A stretch of 39,975 nucleotides of DNA from a virus. Its lineage: Duplodnaviria; Caudoviricetes. A program made the translations under genes and the position numbers. Location of the stretch: positions 1 through 39,975 of the IMG/VR virus record IMGVR_UViG_3300023081_001712; one strand, given 5' to 3'. Below the pieces are notes generated by a model, which worked only from the letters and a program-made list of their open reading frames with translations, was not told the origin of the DNA and searched no databases. Positions 8,866 through 17,215 of this stretch are shown here, one piece after another (positions within the stretch are counted from its first letter, which is position 1; every line of letters begins with the position of its first letter).

Positions 8866-9611
8866 TGTTATTAAGAGAGTTATTTGAAGCAGGCGAAAGC
8901 GTAGGTATTATTTTTGGTAGATTTAATCCTCCTCATCAAGGGCATAAAGCAGCATGGGAAGAAGCTGCAAAAAATACTCATTGGTATGTTGGCACAAACA
9001 AAAGCACAATTGGACCTAAAGATCCACTGCCTTTTGATATCAAAATACAAGCAATGGAAACTATTTGGCCTAACATAAAAGGACATATTATACCAGAACA
9101 AACATGGTGGAGTCTAGCAGCAGCAGTGTATAAAAAACATGGCGAAATCGATCTGAAAGTAATCACAGACGAAACAGATGCTAAAGTTTTTGTACCAGGC
9201 TTACAAAAACAAAACGGTGTTGAAGGTCGCCACGGTTTTTATAAGTTTAAAAGTATTGAATGGCAACCAGCGCCTCGTGTATCAAGTGCTACAGAATTGA
9301 GAGCAGCAGTTGCAAATGATGATCCAAAAGCATTTGCTAAGGCAGCAGGCGTACCTGCAGATACAAATGTTGCTGGTGAACCATTCTTTGATCTAGTAAA
9401 ATATTATCTTGGACAACAAAATGAAGGTGCTATGAAGCGTATTGCTACATCACAATCAAACAAAGCAGATAGAACAGCAAGCAACAGCAAGCTAAAGCCA
9501 GGTTTAGACACATATAAAAAGAAACCAAAAACAAACGAAAAGTTTGCCAGTGATGCACAACGTCGAGCAGCATTTGCCGCAGGATACAAACCCAAAGGCA
9601 AGAAAAAATGA
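8865..9611 (+). CDS. HIGH-superfamily nucleotidyltransferase (cytidylyl/NMN-adenylyltransferase-like) with leader and basic tail
   Basis: Leader MLLRELFE|A, then FGRFNPPHQGH, KDPLPF and VSSATELR. TAATG overlap with the upstream gene. Confidence 0.8.
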   Translation: MLLRELFEAGESVGIIFGRFNPPHQGHKAAWEEAAKNTHWYVGTNKSTIGPKDPLPFDIKIQAMETIWPNIKGHIIPEQTWWSLAAAVYKKHGEIDLKVITDETDAKVFVPGLQKQNGVEGRHGFYKFKSIEWQPAPRVSSATELRAAVANDDPKAFAKAAGVPADTNVAGEPFFDLVKYYLGQQNEGAMKRIATSQSNKADRTASNSKLKPGLDTYKKKPKTNEKFASDAQRRAAFAAGYKPKGKKK

Positions 9612-10396
9612 AATGGCACGATATAACAGAAAAATGGAGCAACAAATACAAACGCAGCATTAACTGTAATAATCCAAAAGGCTTCAGTCAAAAAGCACAT
9701 TGCGCAGGGCGTAAGAAAAAAGAAAGTATTGAAGAAGGTTATAAACTAAAACTAGAACGAGATGCAAATGTAGATGTATTGCATATTGTAAACACTGATA
9801 CAGGCGGTCGTACAGAAGTGCGTGGCAAAAAAGGTTATGAAAGTGGAAACTATGATCCAAATGACAAACTACATCAACTGTTAGATCGTGTAGGCAAAAG
9901 TGCAAACATTGCAGAACTAATAAACGGTGAAGTAGTAAGCATCAATCCAAAACACCCAGATGGTGCAAAGGCAAAAGCAGCAGCAGATGTAGCATATAAT
10001 GAAAGTACAGACTTAGATAGTCTTAGAAAATTTGTTAGGTCTCAACGAGAAGCACCTGATCAAGTTCTTTATCAAATGATGATGGCGCCAGATACTTATG
10101 GACACGCAGCATCAAACTTTGTAAGAAGTTGGTATGAGAAAACAAAAGAAGAAAATGGTTTAAATGATGTAGATTCAGCGTTAGAAATAATGGTTGATGA
10201 ACTTGGATTGAATGAAAACTTTGCTGACGGTAAGAAAAAAGGCAAAAGCAGACCAGGGCGTGTAAAGCGTTCAGGTGCAAGTTGCAATGGTAGTGTAACA
10301 AGTTTAAGAAAACGAGCCAAGAATAGCTCAGGCGAGAAAGCGAGGATGTATCATTGGTGCGCAAACATGAAATCGGGAAGGAAGAAAAAGTCGTAG
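9608..10396 (+). CDS. Modular putative internal head protein
   Basis: Leader MKWHDITE|K. Four segments are separated by IEE, YNE and LNE, and the terminal segments are basic with Cys pairs. Confidence 0.6.
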   Translation: MKWHDITEKWSNKYKRSINCNNPKGFSQKAHCAGRKKKESIEEGYKLKLERDANVDVLHIVNTDTGGRTEVRGKKGYESGNYDPNDKLHQLLDRVGKSANIAELINGEVVSINPKHPDGAKAKAAADVAYNESTDLDSLRKFVRSQREAPDQVLYQMMMAPDTYGHAASNFVRSWYEKTKEENGLNDVDSALEIMVDELGLNENFADGKKKGKSRPGRVKRSGASCNGSVTSLRKRAKNSSGEKARMYHWCANMKSGRKKKS

Positions 10397-10551
10397 AACT
10401 TTATCCAGACGGATATAGTAAAACGTGGAGAGAGCACGAAAGTGTTCCTGTAGAACACTACATTGCTAAACACAAAGAACACGAAGCTCGCCGAGCAAGC
10501 ACAAATGAACGCCAAGATTATTGGAAAACCTATAAGAAATACTTGAAATGA
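10354..10551 (+). CDS. Small hypothetical protein
   Basis: Fills the gap and its stop forms an ATGA overlap with the next gene. The start (TTG) is uncertain. Confidence 0.45.
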   Translation: MVRKHEIGKEEKVVELYPDGYSKTWREHESVPVEHYIAKHKEHEARRASTNERQDYWKTYKKYLK

Positions 10552-11171
10552 ATATAAGAAAAATAAATGATCCGTGGCTGCATACCGAGGTTACAGAATA
10601 TTTTTCATTTTCAGAGTTTAAAAAAATACAAGAATATTTTACTGCACTTGAAATTGATACAAGTTCTGCAATCACCATACACTTTGAAAATGATAAAAAA
10701 TATAACGGAGAAGTTTCATCAAGTCATATTATTTCAGTTGTTAAATCTTTTAATGTAAAAAGACAAAGTATGTTTTGCAATGAGCTCGATGAAATATTTA
10801 AAAAACGTTACAAAGAATATTTAACTCAGTGTAATATAAATCCAGAGCAGGATAACTACTATTTTGACTTTTCGTTAATGATACAACCGCCAAACTTTTT
10901 AGGACATATTCATCTAGATCATGCTTGTAGAGCAAATACACTTATCATACATATATCAGAAGAAGGAACAGGAACAGGAATATACACCGACAACAATGAT
11001 GATGGATTTGTAAAATATACAGACTGGCATCCTAATGGTGGTGTAGGATGGATGTCAAACGAAGCATCTTGGCATAGAGTTGTAAACAATAAATCTACAG
11101 ATAGATATATATTTAGATCTATGTTATTTGATAGAAACATTCCTATGCCCAACGGACTTAAACATGCTTAA
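10548..11171 (+). CDS. 2OG-Fe(II) oxygenase
   Basis: HLD (HxD), GTGIY, SWH and distal R give a DSBH facial triad pattern. Confidence 0.75.
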   Translation: MNIRKINDPWLHTEVTEYFSFSEFKKIQEYFTALEIDTSSAITIHFENDKKYNGEVSSSHIISVVKSFNVKRQSMFCNELDEIFKKRYKEYLTQCNINPEQDNYYFDFSLMIQPPNFLGHIHLDHACRANTLIIHISEEGTGTGIYTDNNDDGFVKYTDWHPNGGVGWMSNEASWHRVVNNKSTDRYIFRSMLFDRNIPMPNGLKHA

Positions 11172-11910
11172 TCAACAAGTTAAAAAATGGTTTGACAAAG
11201 ATATACTAAAAAACACAAGAAAAAATATTAACTTTATAAAAGAAGACTTGTCTCATAGTATTCCTTGTTGTGATCATATAAAAAGCAAAAATAAAATACT
11301 TGTTTTAACATCAGGAAGAACAGGCAGCAAGTTTTTTGCAGATTGGTTAAGAAATGATTTAGATTTATGGTATTGTGATTTTAGAAAATGTGAAATACCA
11401 TTTGGTTATGAACCTTTTAAATGGGCAGGAGATTACAGTAGATTTTTTGACACTGCACAAAATAAACAGAGATTTGTTATTAAACATATTGCACATCATT
11501 TCGAAAACATGACCAAGGATCAAATAAAAACACTTAAAAACTTAGAGACATATAATGTTGTGTTGCTTAGAAAAAACATATTTGAAACTGCTTTAAGTCA
11601 TAGTTTAGCATTCAAGTTTAAAAACTGGACCAAGTTAAAAGATGTGTCAACAGAAGTAGATTGGAATGATGTGAAGTTTTGGATTGATCATACATGTCAA
11701 AACTATGCCGACATATTAGATAAAATACACGGATTTGATTATGAAGATATTGTATATTACGAAGATTTAGTTTTTGGAAAATCTACTGTATGGAAAAATG
11801 AATCAAAAGCAAATACAGTAACCAACTACAAGCATTTAGAAGAAAAATCAAATAAATACATCTACAATGAACATAGAAGATTTACAGCATTTAGCAGGAA
11901 TAAGAAATAA
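11164..11910 (+). CDS. Sulfotransferase-like protein (Stf0/P-loop type)
   Basis: TSGRTGS 5'-PSB-like loop, LLRKNIFETALS 3'-PB-like motif and YYEDL. Confidence 0.65.
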   Translation: MLNQQVKKWFDKDILKNTRKNINFIKEDLSHSIPCCDHIKSKNKILVLTSGRTGSKFFADWLRNDLDLWYCDFRKCEIPFGYEPFKWAGDYSRFFDTAQNKQRFVIKHIAHHFENMTKDQIKTLKNLETYNVVLLRKNIFETALSHSLAFKFKNWTKLKDVSTEVDWNDVKFWIDHTCQNYADILDKIHGFDYEDIVYYEDLVFGKSTVWKNESKANTVTNYKHLEEKSNKYIYNEHRRFTAFSRNKK

Positions 11911-12076
11911 GTTTACAGGGTATACACCATATACCGCTGAAAATATGAGTATTACTGGCACAGAAAAAGCAAAGATACAACGCAAGAAAAAAATAGCACC
12001 AGGCACTGAAGAATGGTTCAAGTTGTGGTTTAGCCAGCCTTTCCTCACAGGTGAAAAACCTTACAAAGATGATTGA
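11867..12076 (+). CDS. Small phage protein (MNIEDLQHLAGI leader)
   Basis: ATAAATA 8 nt upstream and a PGTEEWFKLWF segment. Confidence 0.65.
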   Translation: MNIEDLQHLAGIRNKFTGYTPYTAENMSITGTEKAKIQRKKKIAPGTEEWFKLWFSQPFLTGEKPYKDD

Positions 12077-12941
12077 TCATATAGATGCGAAAGATTTCTA
12101 TCAGTGGAAACCTTTTAAACAAAGAATATTAGAATCAAAGCACAATCATATAGTAATATGGAATCCGGGCGAATACAATATTACAAATGCAGTTGCAGAA
12201 GAAGAACTAGCATCAACTATCACACAAGCAAATAAAACATATCGATTCATTACCAATAGACATTGGCCACTTTATTGGGCATATAAAACTATTGCAAGTA
12301 CACATAAACAGATTTGTCCCAACAAGCCTAGTAAACTGTTTATATATCTTACAGGAAAAACTAGAGCGCACAGATGTTATTTTACAGATCAACTTGCAAG
12401 AGTTGGAATTTTAGAACAAAACTATTTCAGTGTAAATGAATGGCCATGGAATGAAGAATATACATATGTGTATTGGAAAAATGCTAGAAAAGTTTTACTA
12501 GATAACATAAACAAAAAGGATTACTTTAATGTACCTGTACAGTTTGAAGATAGTCTTTTTAGCGTAGTAAGTGAAAGCAGAGTTGATAGTAAAATTTTCA
12601 TAACTGAAAAAACTTTTATACCGATATATCATAAACGTGCTTTTATAATACATGGCCCAGTTGGTATACATAAAAGACTACGTAAACTAGGCTTTTTTAT
12701 GTTTGATGAAATATTTGATTACACATTTGATTTTGTAACTTGCGAAAAAGAAAGAGCAAAGATTATTGCCGAACAGTTGTATCAGTTAAGCATTTCAAAA
12801 ATCGAAGATTACAAAAACTTGTTACAATATAAAGTAGAACATAACTATAACCATTTACTACATCTTGTTAAAAATCAACAATATATGCCAGATATCGATT
12901 TCACAGGATCTCCTTATACCCAGGCACTAAATATGTTATGA
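12069..12941 (+). CDS. GT10/fucosyltransferase-like 'TEK' family protein, paralogue 1
   Basis: HR...LA, FSVVSES...ITEKT, PF/AF..G, GF..FDEIFDYTFD...R and HNY. Confidence 0.6.
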   Translation: MIDHIDAKDFYQWKPFKQRILESKHNHIVIWNPGEYNITNAVAEEELASTITQANKTYRFITNRHWPLYWAYKTIASTHKQICPNKPSKLFIYLTGKTRAHRCYFTDQLARVGILEQNYFSVNEWPWNEEYTYVYWKNARKVLLDNINKKDYFNVPVQFEDSLFSVVSESRVDSKIFITEKTFIPIYHKRAFIIHGPVGIHKRLRKLGFFMFDEIFDYTFDFVTCEKERAKIIAEQLYQLSISKIEDYKNLLQYKVEHNYNHLLHLVKNQQYMPDIDFTGSPYTQALNML

Positions 12942-14020
12942 AACAAAAAGCAAGTCCTTATTGTTGGGCACCTTGGATTAGTTTTCAACATGGCAATGTC
13001 CTACAGGGAAATACACCTTGTTGTGAATGGCAAGGCGATAGACATAGTGGTAGCATAGAAGACTACTTTAACGGCAAATATCTAAAAAAGATAAAAAAGG
13101 CAATGATTAATAAAGACATGGACTTTATTAAGACAACCTGTGCAGAATGTATTGAAAACGAAGAAGTAGGTATAAAGAGCAGACGTTTAAGATATTTTGA
13201 TGATCCTCATGTGAGAGAAAATAAAACCGAAAGCGTGGTTTACTTTGATTATAGACCTAGTAACTTGTGTAATCTGAAATGCAGTATGTGTAATCCAGAA
13301 GCAAGTAGTTTGATAGCTAAAGAACTTAAAGATTTTGTAAAACAAGATTATATATTACCTAAAGACTACAAAAACTTTGACATGGCAAGTATGCGTCAAA
13401 TTACTGTTATAGGTGGAGAACCAAGCATACAAAAAGAAGTTTATGATTTTTTAGATTATTGCTGCGACCTAGGATTAAATGATACTTGCCACTTGCATTT
13501 TACAACCAATGCAACCAACTGTAATAGACAATGGATGTCAAGAGTAGAAAAATGGAAAAGTAAAAGTGTCGAAATAAGTTTAGATGGTGCAGGAAAAACT
13601 TTTGAATATATTAGAACTAATAGTGATTGGAAAACTATTGAAAAGAACTGTAAAATATATGAGGAAGTTGTTGTCGATGTTGCATACCATATTACTGCAC
13701 TTGCGTATAATATACCTAATGTAGAAGATTGGATTGAATGGTTTTTAGACAAAAAAGAAGTTGCAATATATCCAGTGCACGGTTTGCCTTATTTGGGGAT
13801 GGATATTATACCAGATGATGTTAAAAATAAAAAATTAGAATATTTAAAAAAGTTTGACAAGCCTTTTGTTAATACGCTTATTGAAATCATAGAACAAAGC
13901 ACTTACAATCCTAAACTAGCTGAGAAACTGGTATACAAGACAAGAGAACAACAGGATCTGAGAAAAGGTGATATTTATAGCGTAAATGAAATATATAAAT
14001 ACATTATACCAGGAATATAA
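12938..14020 (+). CDS. Radical SAM protein with N-terminal Cys cluster
   Basis: CNLKCSMC, GGEP, TTNAT, SLDG and N-terminal C..PW...PCC...C..C. Confidence 0.9.
   Translation: MKQKASPYCWAPWISFQHGNVLQGNTPCCEWQGDRHSGSIEDYFNGKYLKKIKKAMINKDMDFIKTTCAECIENEEVGIKSRRLRYFDDPHVRENKTESVVYFDYRPSNLCNLKCSMCNPEASSLIAKELKDFVKQDYILPKDYKNFDMASMRQITVIGGEPSIQKEVYDFLDYCCDLGLNDTCHLHFTTNATNCNRQWMSRVEKWKSKSVEISLDGAGKTFEYIRTNSDWKTIEKNCKIYEEVVVDVAYHITALAYNIPNVEDWIEWFLDKKEVAIYPVHGLPYLGMDIIPDDVKNKKLEYLKKFDKPFVNTLIEIIEQSTYNPKLAEKLVYKTREQQDLRKGDIYSVNEIYKYIIPGI
13994..14001 (+). promoter_or_regulatory. Perfect T4 late promoter TATAAATA
   Basis: TATAAATA 20 nt upstream of ATG 14022, with SD AGGA between. Confidence 0.65.
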
Positions 14021-14021
14021 A

Positions 14022-14270
14022 ATGCAGTTTATACGTGATTTATTAGAAGATGGAAGAATAGTGCGTGGTGTCAACACCACAGTCGATGTTGATATCGATC
14101 AAACAAAAGTGGAAGCTGCTAAGTTTGGTAATGAAGTGAGCATAGATGGTAAACCTGCACTTACTATGGGCGAAATGCCAAAATGGACAAAAGAACAACT
14201 GGCTGTAATGGAAGGCGGACACACGCTAGAAGAACCAAGAACCAAGTTGTTTGATTTCGATAAATACTAA
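14022..14270 (+). CDS. Small protein with MQFIRDLLE|D leader
   Basis: SD AGGA, ATG 14022 and the leader motif. Confidence 0.65.
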   Translation: MQFIRDLLEDGRIVRGVNTTVDVDIDQTKVEAAKFGNEVSIDGKPALTMGEMPKWTKEQLAVMEGGHTLEEPRTKLFDFDKY

Positions 14271-14271
14271 C

Positions 14272-14457
14272 ATGTTATTAAGAGAGTTGCAAAATAAAAA
14301 CTTTGATATATTTGTTGCGGATGTAAGAGTTCGTCACAAGTATTACAGTCAAGCGATCAAAGTTCAAGTATCTGCAAGGAATATACAGGAAGCACGTAAA
14401 CAAATACAGGCAATGTATGGTAAAGATGCTACTATTATAGGATTAAAAAAATCATGA
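14272..14457 (+). CDS. Small protein with MLLREL leader
   Basis: Its first 18 nt are nearly identical to the start of gene 8865 (atgttattaagagagtt). TAAATA lies 5 nt upstream. Confidence 0.65.
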   Translation: MLLRELQNKNFDIFVADVRVRHKYYSQAIKVQVSARNIQEARKQIQAMYGKDATIIGLKKS

Positions 14458-14726
14458 AGATGCAAGACATTTTAGAAGCAGTGAAGCAAAGAGATCCTAG
14501 CAGTAAAACTATGCAGGATATTCGCAAGAGTGGTGCAGCAGGTGCTCACAAAGATAAAAAGAACGTACTACCTCGCAAAGAAAAACACAAAGGCAAAGCA
14601 TACGAAGAATATAAACATGCTGATCATGCTAAAGGCAAAGATCCTATGCCAAAAAAATCGAAACCTAGCAAAGGCAGTGAACAAAAGCATCCTCTAAAAG
14701 GAAAACTTGTTGGCGGCGGCGCATAG
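14454..14726 (+). CDS. Small very basic protein with MKMQDILE|A leader
   Basis: Lys-rich, with an AGAHKDKK segment and an ATGA overlap. Confidence 0.65.
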   Translation: MKMQDILEAVKQRDPSSKTMQDIRKSGAAGAHKDKKNVLPRKEKHKGKAYEEYKHADHAKGKDPMPKKSKPSKGSEQKHPLKGKLVGGGA

Positions 14727-15711
14727 TAACACACATCATTTCATATATCTTTATAATGATAATAATGATGTATTTTTTACAAAAGATGTAAATGACCTAA
14801 AAACTTATTCTAATAAAGATTACAAATATTGTCTTATAGATAATAGCGAATGGTATAATAACTGGCAACAGTATTCTACAGATCAAAAAAAACATTTTAA
14901 GACATTTGATCTAACAATGATATCTGGTGCAAAAATGACTTGGAAAGGTATGAAGCAACTACCTAACTATTTTTGGTCCATACCATATATCAGTGGATAT
15001 TATTTAAGAGACTTGATTTTTCCTGTGCAACCCGAATATCCTACAAAGTTGTTTACATCGTTGAACTTTAGAAAGAAACAGCATAGAGATTATTTGATAG
15101 ATTATCTTGCAAAATACGATCTAATCGAGAACAACTATATAAGTTACAAACAGTTTTCCGTCAAGAAGAATCTTGATTACAAGTTTAAGTTTTTTGATGG
15201 TGGAGAACTTGTGCTACAAGAAGCCTACTTAAAAGATTTTGAAAGTGCTGCAAATGCACCGGAGTTCAAAGATATACCCGAACATGCATATAAAGATAGT
15301 TTGTTTAGTCTAGTAACTGAATCTAGTACAAAAGCACTTTGGATGACTGAAAAAACTACTATTCCTATGTATCACAAACGACCTTTTATTATCTTAGCAG
15401 CACCTGGATACTATGCATATTTAAAGTCTTTAGGATTTCATGTATTTGACGATGTTGTTGATACAAGTTTTGATTTAGAGCAAGATGTAGAAAAAAGGAC
15501 AGAGATGATAGTTAAAGAGATAGTAAGATTGAATAAAATATCTTTAAAAAAACTCTACAAAAGAACTAGACACAGTGTGTTACATAACTTCCATCAAATA
15601 AAAAGAAAAGTACATTTTGGTGAACCTAGTTTAAAACATGTGCCTTTTGTGCTTTGGCACCATAAATACAATGTACAAGATAAAACGAAAATCGCTAGGA
15701 TATTCAAATGA
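14707..15711 (+). CDS. GT10-like 'TEK' family protein, paralogue 2
   Basis: HRDYLID, FSLVTES...MTEKT...KRPF...GF.VFDDVVDTSFD. TTG start after AAGGA. Confidence 0.6.
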   Translation: MLAAAHSNTHHFIYLYNDNNDVFFTKDVNDLKTYSNKDYKYCLIDNSEWYNNWQQYSTDQKKHFKTFDLTMISGAKMTWKGMKQLPNYFWSIPYISGYYLRDLIFPVQPEYPTKLFTSLNFRKKQHRDYLIDYLAKYDLIENNYISYKQFSVKKNLDYKFKFFDGGELVLQEAYLKDFESAANAPEFKDIPEHAYKDSLFSLVTESSTKALWMTEKTTIPMYHKRPFIILAAPGYYAYLKSLGFHVFDDVVDTSFDLEQDVEKRTEMIVKEIVRLNKISLKKLYKRTRHSVLHNFHQIKRKVHFGEPSLKHVPFVLWHHKYNVQDKTKIARIFK

Positions 15712-16163
15712 AAATACAAGAGATTACTGAACAAAGAGTTGACGAATTGGCGCCTATTGCTGCAATAGCTGTTCAAGCAGTATGGTGGTTATTAAAATGG
15801 GCCACTACCAAAGTAGGTTGGAGAATACTTAAATATGTTGTGTCACGACATGCGGGTAAACTTGCTGTTGGTGGTGCTGCTGCATATTACATTGATCAAG
15901 GGTGGGACTGGGTAATCGAAACAATCGGCGAAGAAGCAGCACAAATGTTGATTGATAATAAGTTTAGTATTGCAATGGCTGTTACACTTATTTTAGGTGC
16001 TGTTGCTCTTAAAAAGTTCTTTGAAAAGAAGGGCGACGAAATGGTTGCAAAATATCAAGAATCGATAAGCGAAATGACCAGTGCAGGAGCAGTTGGCGCA
16101 GTGGCAATGCCAATAGGACAAATGCAGCGTCGAGTTTCAAAGAAGAAAAAGAAAAAAGCATAA
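15708..16163 (+). CDS. Membrane-associated protein with MKIQEITE leader
   Basis: The leader is followed by amphipathic Trp/Lys helices, a TM helix and a poly-Lys tail. Confidence 0.65.
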   Translation: MKIQEITEQRVDELAPIAAIAVQAVWWLLKWATTKVGWRILKYVVSRHAGKLAVGGAAAYYIDQGWDWVIETIGEEAAQMLIDNKFSIAMAVTLILGAVALKKFFEKKGDEMVAKYQESISEMTSAGAVGAVAMPIGQMQRRVSKKKKKKA

Positions 16164-16166
16164 ATA
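16161..16166 (+). promoter_or_regulatory. ATAAATA late-promoter-like box
   Basis: At the gene junction, upstream of SD GGAGA and ATG 16191. Confidence 0.5.
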
Positions 16167-16190
16167 ATAAAAAGAACTCCGGAGATAAAA

Positions 16191-17072
16191 ATGGCTAAAA
16201 GAGATACACATTGTTCAGATAAATGTTGCGGTTCAGATGTAAAAGCTGAAGACTGCACATGCCCACCAACATGTAAACATTGTAACTGCAATGCAAAGAA
16301 TGTTAGCGAAGGTCTTGCTGATATGGCAGACATGGCAGAACGTGATCACGAAGTGCAAATGGCTCGTGCTGAACTGTACAAGATTGCAAAGTATGCTATC
16401 AAACTACACGACATGCTAAAAGGTGTTTCGGAGGCCGAAGGCATTGAAGGTTGGATGCAAAGCAAGATTACCAAAGCAGCAGACTATGTAGGTTCAGTGT
16501 ATCATACACTAGACTATGATATGGCAACAGAAAGCAAGAAAGTTTATAAGAGCACTCTTACAAACGAAGATGTAACAGAGTACAAAGCATCACTCAAAGA
16601 GCGTATGAGTCAAAAAAAAAGTGAGCTAACTGAACTAGGACCAGATACACTGTACAAGTATTGGAACAAGTCTTATGACGATGTTAGCGATCCAGACGGT
16701 AAAGATCCTGAAAAGCTAAAAAAGCGTAGAACTTTTATGAAAAAAGCAGCAGCACAGCACAACAAGAAAAAAGGTTGGGAACGCCCACAAGGTGTTAAAA
16801 AGTCTGCAGGCGATGCAAGCAAAAGTGCAGCAGCACTGGCTAAACATCTTGCTAAAAAAGATATGCGAACAGACGAATACACTGCACAGCAGCGTATACA
16901 AGCAGCAAAAGATAAAGCAGCAGCAGATAACGCTGAAGCAGATGCATTAGCAGCTCGTAACCGTAAAGAAAAAGAAATTGCTAAACTAATTAAAACTGGC
17001 GATGATAGAAAGTTGCATACTGCAAAAGTTGATGCAGAAAGATCAAAACTAAGAAAATCTAGAATCCAATGA
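16191..17072 (+). CDS. Modular protein: Cys-rich N-terminus, helical domain, basic C-terminal modules
   Basis: 8 Cys in residues 8-33, then DHEVQMAR...W.QSKITKAADY, with internal xxE junctions. Confidence 0.65.
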   Translation: MAKRDTHCSDKCCGSDVKAEDCTCPPTCKHCNCNAKNVSEGLADMADMAERDHEVQMARAELYKIAKYAIKLHDMLKGVSEAEGIEGWMQSKITKAADYVGSVYHTLDYDMATESKKVYKSTLTNEDVTEYKASLKERMSQKKSELTELGPDTLYKYWNKSYDDVSDPDGKDPEKLKKRRTFMKKAAAQHNKKKGWERPQGVKKSAGDASKSAAALAKHLAKKDMRTDEYTAQQRIQAAKDKAAADNAEADALAARNRKEKEIAKLIKTGDDRKLHTAKVDAERSKLRKSRIQ

Positions 17073-17215
17073 AGATCAAAGAAGTAACAGAAAAGGCTCC
17101 TCCAGGTAGAGAAAAGCAAGTCAAGAAACTGAAAAAGAAGTTTGACGATCCTGGTGCGCCTTATGCTATTGCTTGGGCACAACACAACAAACACGGTAAG
17201 CCAAAGAAAAAATGA
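17069..17215 (+). CDS. 48-aa basic protein with MKIKEVTE|K leader (not in ORF track)
   Basis: Translated by hand as MKIKEVTEKAPPGREKQVKKLKKKFDDPGAPYAIAWAQHNKHGKPKKK. ATGA overlaps at both ends. Confidence 0.75.
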   Translation: MKIKEVTEKAPPGREKQVKKLKKKFDDPGAPYAIAWAQHNKHGKPKKK

